Positions 38,272 to 46,683 are shown, counted from the stretch's first letter. The stretch is DNA of 64,000 bases from an uncultured Oscillospiraceae bacterium (GCA_964490175.1 CAZBAI010000002.1:21381-85380); one strand, 5' to 3'. Translations and numbers: made by a program. The notes: generated by a model not told the origin, from the letters alone.

Positions 38272-39941
38272 GCTTTTCCTACCCTTTAGCCAAAAGCAAC
38301 GCTTTGTCCGATATTTGCTTTTCCGTAAAATCGGGCGAATTTGTTGTTGCCTGCGGCGAATCGGGCTGCGGTAAATCCACGCTTTTGCGCCTGATTAAAA
38401 GGGAAATCACACCGTATGGAAATATACAAGGGCGTATACTTTACAGCGGTGTTGAAACTTCAAAGCTTGAGCATAGAGTGTCGGCGGCGCAAATCGGATT
38501 TATTATGCAAAATCCCGAAAGTCAAATCGTTACCGATACGGTTCGGCATGAGCTGGCGTTTACGCTTGAGAGTTTAGGGTTTGATTCAAAGGTGATTCGG
38601 CGCAAAGTTGCCGAAACAGCGTGCTATTTTGGAATTGAGCATTTGTTTGACAAAAAGACAGCCGAGCTTTCCGGCGGTGAAAAACAACTTGTAAATCTTG
38701 CTTCGATAATCGCCGCCGAGCCGAAAATCTTACTTCTTGACGAGCCGACTTCACAGCTTGACCCGATTGCCGCTTCAAATTTTATCGCCATGCTGAATAA
38801 GCTCAATCTTGAAACCGGTCTTACCGTAATTATTGTCGAACACAGGCTTGAAGAGCTTTTTGAAATCGCAGATAAAGTGCTTTTTATGAAAAACGGCAAA
38901 AATGTATTTTTCGGCAGCCCAAAACACTGCGCCGAATATTTTTCAAAAAACTCAGAGGATAATGCAAAAAAAATTTTGCCGAGCGCCGTGCGCATATATA
39001 CAGCGCTTGAAAATAACGGAAATTCGCCGCTGACGGTTAAATCCTGCCGTGAATATATATCACAAAATTATTCAAATAAAATAGATTCGCTTGAAATTTG
39101 CGAATATTGTCAAAGCGAGAAAAAAGCGTTAGAGTTTAAAGATGTGTATTTTCGCTATGGCAAAAATTCGCCCGATGTGCTCAAAGGCGCTTCGTTTTCG
39201 GTGGGAAAAGGCGAGCATTTCTGCCTTCTCGGCGGCAACGGCAGCGGCAAAACGACCGTATTGAGCATTGCCGCACGGCTTTTAAAACCGTATCACGGCA
39301 AGGTGATGATAGATGGCAAAAACGCCGATAGCTTTTCAAAAAATAAGCTGTATGACGGAAACATAGCGCTTTTGCCGCAAAATCCGCAGAATATATTTGT
39401 TGAAAAAACGTTATCTCGGGATTTGCTTTTGACCTGCAATGTTATGAAATACACTCAAAGTGAAGCTTTTGACAGAATAACTCAGCTTGCCGAGCTTCTT
39501 GATATTGCGCATTTGCTTGATTCTCACCCATATGATTTGAGTGGCGGAGAACAGCAAAAAGCGGCTTTGGCAAAGGTGCTGATTTTAAATCCCAAAATTT
39601 TGCTGCTTGATGAGCCTACAAAGGGTATTGACGCAATTGCAAAAGCAAAGCTTATTGAAATATTGAAAACTCTCAAAAGTAAGGGAATCACTGTTTTAAA
39701 CGTTACTCATGATGTTGAATTTGCAGCGCAAAGCGCCGACCGTGTGGGAATGCTGTTTGACGGTCAGCTTGTTTCAAGCGATACGCCGATTCGTTTCTTT
39801 TCGCAAAACAGCTTTTATACCACGGCGGCAAGCCGCATTGCCAAAGGAATATATAAAAATGCGGTTTTGTGCGAGCACGTTGTTGAGCTTTGCCGAAAAA
39901 ATAAAAATGCACAAATGGGTTTGCAAAATGAAAAAATATAA
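38244..39941 (+). CDS. ECF transporter fused double ATPase (EcfA-EcfA')
   Basis: The 565-aa protein has two complete ABC cassettes. These are GESGCGKST/LSGGEKQ/LLLDEPTSQLD and GGNGSGKTT/LSGGEQQ/LLLDEPTKGID. AGGAGG RBS upstream. Confidence 0.9.
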   Translation: MDILQIENLSFSYPLAKSNALSDICFSVKSGEFVVACGESGCGKSTLLRLIKREITPYGNIQGRILYSGVETSKLEHRVSAAQIGFIMQNPESQIVTDTVRHELAFTLESLGFDSKVIRRKVAETACYFGIEHLFDKKTAELSGGEKQLVNLASIIAAEPKILLLDEPTSQLDPIAASNFIAMLNKLNLETGLTVIIVEHRLEELFEIADKVLFMKNGKNVFFGSPKHCAEYFSKNSEDNAKKILPSAVRIYTALENNGNSPLTVKSCREYISQNYSNKIDSLEICEYCQSEKKALEFKDVYFRYGKNSPDVLKGASFSVGKGEHFCLLGGNGSGKTTVLSIAARLLKPYHGKVMIDGKNADSFSKNKLYDGNIALLPQNPQNIFVEKTLSRDLLLTCNVMKYTQSEAFDRITQLAELLDIAHLLDSHPYDLSGGEQQKAALAKVLILNPKILLLDEPTKGIDAIAKAKLIEILKTLKSKGITVLNVTHDVEFAAQSADRVGMLFDGQLVSSDTPIRFFSQNSFYTTAASRIAKGIYKNAVLCEHVVELCRKNKNAQMGLQNEKI

Positions 39942-40620
39942 AAATATTTTAACTATTGTATTGCTCGGATTATTCATTCCGCTTTTTACGGTTTTCGGGG
40001 CAATTGTATTCAAGCAGCGCCATTATGCCTTTATTTGCCTTTGCGTTGCGATTATTTCCTGCGTTCCTCTGTTTTACGCCTTTGAACGTGCCGAGGCGAC
40101 CTCAAAGGAGCTTGCGGTTCTTTCCGTTATGATTGCGCTTTCGGTTTGCGGCAGATTTATTTTTGCGGTTATTCCCGGATTTAAACCGATAACTGCCATT
40201 ACCGTGATTTGTGCGATTCATCTCGGCAAAGAAGCCGGCTTTGTTGTAGGTGCGCTTTCCGCTGTTGTGTCGAATTTTTATTTCGGGCAAGGGCCGTGGA
40301 CGCCTTTTCAAATGTTTGCATGGGGATTTTTGGGGCTTGCCGCAGGTCTTGCTTCCGAACCTTTAAAAAAAAGCAAGGTTGCACTGTGTATATACGGGGC
40401 GTTATCCGGCGTTATCTTTTCGCTGATTATGGATATTTGGACAACCCTTTTGATTGACGAAACCTTTAATCTTCAAAGATATATCGCCGCTGCTGTATCG
40501 GCATTGCCCTTTACAGTCGAATATGCGGTTTCCAATGTGATTTTTCTTTTGCTTTTGTCTAAACCTATCGGCGAAAAGCTTGAAAGAATTAAGATTAAAT
40601 ACGGTTTGTTTGCCGTTTAA
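39928..40620 (+). CDS. ECF transporter substrate-specific (S) component, probable corrinoid specificity (CbrT-like by context)
   Basis: The preferred ATG at 39928 overlaps the ATPase stop. The product begins MKKYKNILTIVLLGLFIPLF.... It is about 230 aa with 6 TM segments, an S-component size and topology. Specificity is inferred only from riboswitch context. Confidence 0.65.
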   Translation: MKKYKNILTIVLLGLFIPLFTVFGAIVFKQRHYAFICLCVAIISCVPLFYAFERAEATSKELAVLSVMIALSVCGRFIFAVIPGFKPITAITVICAIHLGKEAGFVVGALSAVVSNFYFGQGPWTPFQMFAWGFLGLAAGLASEPLKKSKVALCIYGALSGVIFSLIMDIWTTLLIDETFNLQRYIAAAVSALPFTVEYAVSNVIFLLLLSKPIGEKLERIKIKYGLFAV

Positions 40621-40678
40621 AACGTTCAAATTCAGCCAAGCGCTGTTTTGATATATTATGAGAAAGAGGTATAAAAAA

Positions 40679-41578
40679 ATGAAAAAATTACTTAGCACCG
40701 CAATTGCGCTTGCAATTGTTTCAACCGCTTCGGCTTTTTGTGCATCGGCAGCAGACGATGCGTCCGCATCGGTATACGTCACCGTGTCGAATAAAGGCGA
40801 GCTTGTTGCGATTTCGCAAAAAGTCAGCGTTACCGATATCGACAGTGACGGCGCTTTGACTGTAAATGATGCGCTTTATGCACTGCACGAGGATTCATAT
40901 AGCGGCGGCGCTTCGGCGGGATACAGCTCATATACGGGCAGTTACGGGCTTTCTCTCGGTATGCTTTGGGGCGATAACAGCGGAAATTTCGGTTATTGTA
41001 AAAACAATACCATGTGCTTTTCGCTTGCCGATACCGTTGCCGACGGCGATTATATAACGGCTTATATTTACAGCGATACCGATAATTATTCCGATATGTA
41101 CACGTTTTTTGATGTAAACGAGCTTGAAGCCGAGCAGAAAAGCCAAATCACGCTTACGCTTTCAGGTTTGGGCTATGACGATAATTGGAACAGCGTTACA
41201 AAGCCGGTTGAGGGTGCAAAAATCACGTTAAACGGCATTGAAACGGATTTTGTTACCGACGCACAGGGAAAAGTTACATTTTCGATTGAAGATTGCGGCG
41301 AATGTGTTATCAGTGCAAAATCCGATACACAGGTAATCGTGCCGCCCGTTTGCCTTGCCGATATCATTGAAACGCCTGATAATAACGAAGTGACAAGCAC
41401 TAATCAGACAACCGCTTTAACCCAAACGCAGGCGCAAACAACAACCGCAACCCAAGCTGCCGCAACGCCTAATACAGGTGAAGAAACAAGGACTGTGCAA
41501 TGTGCGGCATTTGTGCTGTTTTGCGTTTTGGGCGTATCGGCAATTACCGTATCCGCAAAATTAAAAAATGAAAAATAA
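40679..41578 (+). CDS. Cell-surface DUF4430-type (transcobalamin beta-domain-like) protein with sortase-type C-terminal anchor
   Basis: The signal peptide is MKKLLSTAIALAIVSTASAFCASA. A DUF4430-like module follows (VYVTVSNKGELV...LTVNDALYAL...GYCKNN...VADGDYITAYIY). Then come an Ig-like module, a T/Q-rich linker, and a TPNTGEE motif with a hydrophobic helix and a KLKNEK tail. Confidence 0.65.
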   Translation: MKKLLSTAIALAIVSTASAFCASAADDASASVYVTVSNKGELVAISQKVSVTDIDSDGALTVNDALYALHEDSYSGGASAGYSSYTGSYGLSLGMLWGDNSGNFGYCKNNTMCFSLADTVADGDYITAYIYSDTDNYSDMYTFFDVNELEAEQKSQITLTLSGLGYDDNWNSVTKPVEGAKITLNGIETDFVTDAQGKVTFSIEDCGECVISAKSDTQVIVPPVCLADIIETPDNNEVTSTNQTTALTQTQAQTTTATQAAATPNTGEETRTVQCAAFVLFCVLGVSAITVSAKLKNEK

Positions 41579-43250
41579 GCTGCATTCTCTTTTGGCGCTG
41601 CTTGCTGCAATTGCGGTATTGTTAAATTTACCCGCATTGCAGCTGTGCGGTGCCGATATTTCCGATTCTGCCGACATAATAAACCAAATCACCGAATATA
41701 AGCTCAGCGAAGGCTCATATAATGATATTGAAGAGTGGATAAACGGTGCTTTAACGCAGTCTGCCGGAGTTGATTCGGAGTGGTATATAATCGGGCTGAG
41801 CCGAATCTGCGATTATGATTTTTCAAATTATCGCAAAGCTTTGGGTGAATATTTAAGCGCAAATGAAATAGGTTCGGCTTCCTCACGCCAAAAATGCGCC
41901 CTTGCGCTGATTGCCGCAGGCGATACCGACGCTTTGTATATTCAAGAAACGCTTAATAATTCTATTGGCGAGCAGGGGATAATGAGCCTGATATTCGGCT
42001 TGCACCTTTTAAATAACGGATACATATCGCCGCAGTTTACTTTGCAGCAGGTAAAGCAACAGCTTTTGTCACTGCAATTGACTGACGGTGGCTTTGCCGT
42101 TATGGGCACTGTTTCGGATGTTGATACAACCGCCATGGCGATTTCGGCGCTTGCATCGTATTATGAAACCGATTCCGATGTTAAAGCTTGCATTGATACT
42201 GCAATTGAATTTCTTTCATCAAAGCAAAATGCTTTGGGTGATTTTTCAAGCTACGGCACTGATAATGCCGAAAGTACCGCACAGGTGCTTATAGCTCTTT
42301 CATCGCTTGGCATCGACGCTGTGAGCGATGTGCGGTTTATCAAAAATTCAAACACTATATTTGATGCTCTTGCGCAATATAGTTTGCCAAGCGGCGGATT
42401 TTCGCATACAAAAGGCGGCGAAGTCAATGAGCTGGCAACGGTGCAGGTTTTTCTCGGTGCAATTTCTTATCGGCTTATGCTTGAAAACAACGCCTCGCTT
42501 TATGACTTTGCCGATAGATTTTGCGATGAAAGCGAGAGCGATAACGTTTCTCAAAGCGAATCTTCTTACATATCTAATTCTGATAAAGATGAACAGTCTG
42601 TTTTGACAACGCATGAAAGTCAAACACAAAGCGAAATTGATGTGCCAAGCGATTCGGCAAATCTAAAAATTACGTCAAATTACAAGATATGGGCGATTTT
42701 GGCGATTTCGATTATTTGTCTTATTGTTTGCGTTGCGATGTTTGCATTAAAACGGCGCAATTTTAAAAATTATATCGTTGTGATAATATTGGCGTTGCTA
42801 TGCGTTATCTTTGTGCTTGCAACCGATTTTAAAACTGCCGATGAATTTTACAATGCAAATTCTTCGCCTGACAGTTCAAAGTATGAAAACAGCGTTACAA
42901 TTTCGATTAGTTGCGATGAAATAAAGGATAAAAATATATCGTATATTCCTGATGACGGCATTATACTTAACGATACCGTCATTGGATTTTGTGACGGCGA
43001 AAGTGTGTATGATATTCTTTTGCGTGCGTCATCCCAAAACAAAATCCGCATTGACGCAAGCGCTGTGGGCAAATCCGTTTATATCAAGGGCATTGCCGAT
43101 ATATATGAATTTGACTTCGGCGAGCTTTCCGGCTGGATGTATTATGTAAACGACGAAAAGCCTTCTGTCGGGTGCGGCGAATATATTGTCTGTCAAGATG
43201 ATGTAATCGAATGGGTTTATACCTGTGATTATACCGATAAGGACTTTTGA
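41568..43250 (+). CDS. Membrane protein with an N-terminal alpha/alpha-toroid (prenyltransferase/terpene-cyclase-like repeat) domain, a TM hairpin and a C-terminal DUF4430 domain
   Basis: The 560-aa protein starts with a signal peptide. It has repeats LQLTDGGFAV...DVDTTAMAISALASYY, KQNALGDFSS...AESTAQVLIALSSLG and LPSGGFSH...ATVQVFLGAIS. An acidic/Ser linker follows. The two TM helices are WAILAISIICLIVCVAMFAL and YIVVIILALLCVIFVLATDF, separated by KRRNFKN. The DUF4430 module reads VTISISCDE...GESVYDIL...GWMYYVNDEKPSVGCGEYIVCQDDVIEWVY. The start overlaps the previous stop. Confidence 0.7.
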   Translation: MKNKLHSLLALLAAIAVLLNLPALQLCGADISDSADIINQITEYKLSEGSYNDIEEWINGALTQSAGVDSEWYIIGLSRICDYDFSNYRKALGEYLSANEIGSASSRQKCALALIAAGDTDALYIQETLNNSIGEQGIMSLIFGLHLLNNGYISPQFTLQQVKQQLLSLQLTDGGFAVMGTVSDVDTTAMAISALASYYETDSDVKACIDTAIEFLSSKQNALGDFSSYGTDNAESTAQVLIALSSLGIDAVSDVRFIKNSNTIFDALAQYSLPSGGFSHTKGGEVNELATVQVFLGAISYRLMLENNASLYDFADRFCDESESDNVSQSESSYISNSDKDEQSVLTTHESQTQSEIDVPSDSANLKITSNYKIWAILAISIICLIVCVAMFALKRRNFKNYIVVIILALLCVIFVLATDFKTADEFYNANSSPDSSKYENSVTISISCDEIKDKNISYIPDDGIILNDTVIGFCDGESVYDILLRASSQNKIRIDASAVGKSVYIKGIADIYEFDFGELSGWMYYVNDEKPSVGCGEYIVCQDDVIEWVYTCDYTDKDF

Positions 43251-43268
43251 GAAAGGCAGTTGAACCTT

Positions 43269-43532
43269 ATGAATAAAAATGCTTTTTTCCAAAATACAGA
43301 CTGCGAGTATTTTCCTTGTCACAGCGGCGTTTGCCTTGATGATTTTAACTGTATGTTTTGTTATTGTCCGCTGTATGTTCTCGGCGATGAATGCGGCGGA
43401 AAATACAAAATATTGCAAAGCGGCGTTAAAGATTGCTCGGATTGTGTTCTCTGCCACGGCAAGAATGCATACAGAGTGATTGAATCAAAATTTACGCAGA
43501 TATCAAATATAGAGAGAAAAAACCGTAAATAA
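43269..43532 (+). CDS. Cysteine-rich small domain protein (zinc-finger-like family seen with cobalamin genes)
   Basis: The sequence is MNKNAFFQNTDCEYFPCHSGVCLDDFNCMFCYCPLYVLGDECGGKYKILQSGVKDCSDCVLCHGKNAY.... The start is ambiguous between TTG 43260 and ATG 43269. Confidence 0.65.
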   Translation: MNKNAFFQNTDCEYFPCHSGVCLDDFNCMFCYCPLYVLGDECGGKYKILQSGVKDCSDCVLCHGKNAYRVIESKFTQISNIERKNRK

Positions 43533-43565
43533 ATGTGATTTATTAAAAATTTTTATCTTTATATA

Positions 43566-43594
43566 TTGACACAGCGCTACATATGTGATATAAT
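43566..43594 (+). promoter_or_regulatory. Sigma70 consensus promoter of the Mn riboswitch-mntP unit
   Basis: TTGACA (43566-43571), a 17-nt spacer, then an extended -10 TGaTATAAT (43586-43594). Confidence 0.65.
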
Positions 43595-43600
43595 ATCCGC

Positions 43601-43700
43601 CATATGAGGGAGTAGCAGGCGCTTAATCAGCGCAGCAAGTCAACATTCTAACCTCTTAGATTGCAGAGGTTTGGCTTGCTTTAATTTGCAAGACTCATGC
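43601..43700 (+). promoter_or_regulatory. yybP-ykoY (Mn2+) riboswitch aptamer
   Basis: P1 pairs ATGAG with CTCAT. The conserved GGGAGTAGC, AAGTCAACAT and TTGGCTTGC...TTGCAAGAC elements are present. It lies upstream of an MntP gene, the canonical target. Confidence 0.8.
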
Positions 43701-43746
43701 AAAGTCGGCTTGTGCCATGCGTGGGTTTTGTGTTTGCTTAAAAATG

Positions 43747-43785
43747 CCAAGCGTGGTTTTGCCGTGCTTGGTTTATTTTTATTTT
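43747..43785 (+). terminator. Intrinsic terminator of the Mn riboswitch expression platform
   Basis: CCAAGCGTGG (43747-43756) pairs with CCGTGCTTGG (43762-43771), followed by TTTATTTTTATTTT. Confidence 0.7.
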
Positions 43786-43800
43786 AGCGGAGTGATGAAT

Positions 43801-44385
43801 ATGAATTTTGGTTTTGCTTTCTTTTTCAACAGTATTTTACTTGGCGTAGGGCTTGCAATGGATGCTTTTTCGGTTTCGCTTGCAAACGGTTTGAATGAAC
43901 CTAAAATGAAAAAATCGAAAATGTGCGGAATTTCCGGCGTTTTTTGCGCATTTCAATTTGCAATGCCGATGATTGGATGGATATGCGTTTCAACCATAGC
44001 ACAGTATTTTAAGGCGTTTGAAAAATGCATTCCGTGGATTGCGCTTGTTTTGCTTTCATATATCGGCGGCAAAATGTTGTTTGAGGGCATAAAAAACAAA
44101 GGCGGCGATGAGAATTGCGCCGCTGTCGGAGTGGGAGCGCTTTTGTTGCAGGGCGTTGCCACTTCTATCGACGCTTTATCCGTAGGATTTACCATTGCCG
44201 ATTACGACCTGCCGCACGCTTGCTGTGCCTGCCTTTTAATCGGTGCGGTTACATTTTTGATTTGTTTTGCAGGGCTTGCAATCGGAAAAAAAGCCGGCAC
44301 AAGACTTGCGGGAGGCGCAGGGATTCTCGGCGGTTCGATACTTATATTTATCGGGCTTGAAATATTTATATCGGGCGTTATGTAA
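43801..44385 (+). CDS. mntP: Manganese efflux pump MntP
   Basis: The sequence begins MNFGFAFFFNSILLGVGLAMDAFSVSLANG... and has a second DALSVG motif (TSIDALSVGFT). I prefer the ATG at 43801, 8 nt after GGAG. The longer track ORF would run through the riboswitch terminator. Confidence 0.9.
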   Translation: MNFGFAFFFNSILLGVGLAMDAFSVSLANGLNEPKMKKSKMCGISGVFCAFQFAMPMIGWICVSTIAQYFKAFEKCIPWIALVLLSYIGGKMLFEGIKNKGGDENCAAVGVGALLLQGVATSIDALSVGFTIADYDLPHACCACLLIGAVTFLICFAGLAIGKKAGTRLAGGAGILGGSILIFIGLEIFISGVM

Positions 44386-44420
44386 AAAATCACATATACA
44401 ATACATATAGCGAAAATGCA

Positions 44421-44460
44421 AAAAACAGAGCTGTAAAAACCTTACACAGCTCTGTTTTTA
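44421..44460. terminator. Bidirectional intrinsic terminator (mntP / GH13)
   Basis: ACAGAGCTGT pairs with ACAGCTCTGT, flanked by an A-run and a T-run. Confidence 0.75.
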
Positions 44461-44463
44461 ATT

Positions 44464-46020
44464 TTACGGTTTGATTTTGTAGAATCCGGCAAAAAGCGCA
44501 GGGCAGGTGATTTTATTGCAATTTGATGTTGCACTGCCGTTAAAGCCGTATATATTTTCGCCGAGTTTTAAATCACATTCAAACGATACTTCGCTGTCGC
44601 TCGGATTGATTATTACAAGAATTTTTTCATCGTCAAGGCTTCGGGTATAAGCGAGAGGATATTTATTTTTCTCGGCATATACAAAATGAATAGCGCCTAA
44701 GCTTTGCAGTGCTTTGTGCGATTTGCGAATGCAAATGATACGCTTTATTTCGCTAAGCAGCGAATTTGAGTCGGACATTTGCGCCTTGACCGTTGGCATA
44801 TTTGCAGCTTTATCGAGCGGTATATACAGTATATTTTCCGGCGCTGTACTAAAACCTGCATTTTGCGTGTCATCCCATTGCATGGGTGTGCGTGAGCCTG
44901 TTCGTCCGTATCCGCCCTCAACGGATTTAAGATTTTCGACATAATTCATTCCGATTTCATCGCCGTAATAGATGAACGGCGCACCCGGCATTGAAAGCAG
45001 AAAAGCAAAGGCGATTTTAAGTCTGTCACCTTTAATGTACCGTGCAAGCCTGTCCATATCGTGATTGCCCGAGGGTATGCAAATCAATCCTCGGTGCTCG
45101 GTCTTTTCATAGCTTTCAATATATTTTTTCACAAATTCGTACGCATCGCCAAAACCGCCGAAATACGGATTTTCACATCTGAAAAGGTCGTTGTAATGCG
45201 AAGGGCCGAAATGCAGGAGAAAGTCCATATGAAAACCTCCTGCAAGTGATTTGTCGGGTTCACCCCATTCCGAAACCATTGCCGCAAACGGAAACTCATC
45301 ATCGAGAAATTTGCGCACATTTTGCCACAGCAAAACAGTGCCTTTGCCTTCTTCGTCATTCTTGACAAGTGAGCCTGCCATATCCACACGGAATCCGTCA
45401 CAGCCCATTTTCAGCCAAAATCGCATAATATCTTTCATTGCTTCAAGCGTTGCCGCAGGTCCTTTTGCGTTCATCGGCTGCTGCCAGAATTTTTCGGGGT
45501 TCGGTTCATAAAAGCCGTAATTCAAGGCGGGTTGGTGCGAAAAAAAGTTTACCGCACATGAGCCGTCACGCTCGGAAATTCCTCTTATACAGCCCATTTT
45601 CTGCGGTTCTTCCCAAATTGAATCCGTCCACACATAGCGGTCGGTAAATTCGTTGATTTCCGCTTTGGCTGATTCCTTAAACCAAGGGTGTTCAATCGAA
45701 GTGTGCCCGGGAACAAGGTCAAGCAAAATGTGCATTTTGCGTTTGTGAACCTCATCGAAAAGCCTTTTTGCATCGTTATTTGTGCCGTATCTTGCGGCGA
45801 TACGGTAATAATCCGAAACGTCATACCCCGCATCGCCGAACGGTGATTCAAAGCAGGGATTGAGCCAAATTGCATTGCAGCCTATGCCGGATATATAATC
45901 AAGCTTTTCGATAATGCCTTGAATATCTCCTATGCCGTCGGCGTTTGAATCTTTAAACGACTGCGGATATACCTGATAAAAAATTGCGCTGTCAAGCCAG
46001 CTCGGTCTTTTTGTGCTCAT
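44464..46020 (-). CDS. GH13 alpha-glucosidase / oligo-1,6-glucosidase-like enzyme (cytoplasmic)
   Basis: The 518-aa protein contains FYQVYPQSFKDSNADGIGD, YDVSDYY, DLVPGHTS, GFRVDMA, EWGE and SGNHD, the conserved alpha-amylase-family regions I-IV. Confidence 0.85.
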   Translation of the reverse strand: MSTKRPSWLDSAIFYQVYPQSFKDSNADGIGDIQGIIEKLDYISGIGCNAIWLNPCFESPFGDAGYDVSDYYRIAARYGTNNDAKRLFDEVHKRKMHILLDLVPGHTSIEHPWFKESAKAEINEFTDRYVWTDSIWEEPQKMGCIRGISERDGSCAVNFFSHQPALNYGFYEPNPEKFWQQPMNAKGPAATLEAMKDIMRFWLKMGCDGFRVDMAGSLVKNDEEGKGTVLLWQNVRKFLDDEFPFAAMVSEWGEPDKSLAGGFHMDFLLHFGPSHYNDLFRCENPYFGGFGDAYEFVKKYIESYEKTEHRGLICIPSGNHDMDRLARYIKGDRLKIAFAFLLSMPGAPFIYYGDEIGMNYVENLKSVEGGYGRTGSRTPMQWDDTQNAGFSTAPENILYIPLDKAANMPTVKAQMSDSNSLLSEIKRIICIRKSHKALQSLGAIHFVYAEKNKYPLAYTRSLDDEKILVIINPSDSEVSFECDLKLGENIYGFNGSATSNCNKITCPALFAGFYKIKP

Positions 46021-46059
46021 AAAAATATTCTCCTCATTGTGTGATTTTTTGTCTGTATA

Positions 46060-46650
46060 TCAGGTCACCTCAAACTGCCTTTTTGATGACCTTAATTCAA
46101 TAAATTTTGCGACCCAATATTTTGTGTATTCATAAAGATCGTCTAAGGTTACTGCCGAATATCCTCTGCATGATTTAACATATTCGCAAAGCAATCCTTC
46201 CAAGAAAATCTGCAAATCAAGCTCAATATGGGTGCGTTCTATAATGCGGCGGTCATTGCAACACAGCTCAATCAGTTTGTTTGAAGCAATAGTCGTTAAT
46301 TTTTTTGCGGCAAATAAAAAATCGTTTGATTTGCAAAGCAGCCTGTAGTTTTCATCGTTTTGCAGTATAAACTCAAATACAGAGTCGATAAAATGGTCGA
46401 TATTCTGCGAAGAAACCAAACGTGCGCTGTCAAAAAACGTGTCAATCATTTCGTTTTCATAATCTTGTGCTACCGAATAAATATCGTCATAATGAGAATA
46501 AAATGAGCCTCGGCTGATATCGGCACGCTTGCAGAGTTCGCTGACCGAGATTTTTCCCAGCTCCTTTTTTTCGGAAAGCATTTTGGCAAATTCTTTCTTT
46601 ATAAGTGCACGTGTTTTTGCAGATGAACGGTTTAAATTCTGCGCTTTCAT
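46060..46650 (-). CDS. TetR/AcrR family transcriptional regulator
   Basis: The 196-aa protein has an N-terminal HTH (ISVSELCKRADISRGSFYSHY). It is divergent from the ABC-2 operon. Confidence 0.85.
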   Translation of the reverse strand: MKAQNLNRSSAKTRALIKKEFAKMLSEKKELGKISVSELCKRADISRGSFYSHYDDIYSVAQDYENEMIDTFFDSARLVSSQNIDHFIDSVFEFILQNDENYRLLCKSNDFLFAAKKLTTIASNKLIELCCNDRRIIERTHIELDLQIFLEGLLCEYVKSCRGYSAVTLDDLYEYTKYWVAKFIELRSSKRQFEVT

Positions 46651-46683
46651 AAAAATCTTCTCCTAAAAAATATATACAAATTG

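Noticed and set aside
43717-43800. A 28-codon N-terminal extension of the mntP ORF in the track.
   Set aside because: The extension would be translated through the riboswitch terminator and T-run. The ATG at 43801 has a GGAG RBS, and MntP homologs start near MNF...LLG.GLAMDAFSVS.
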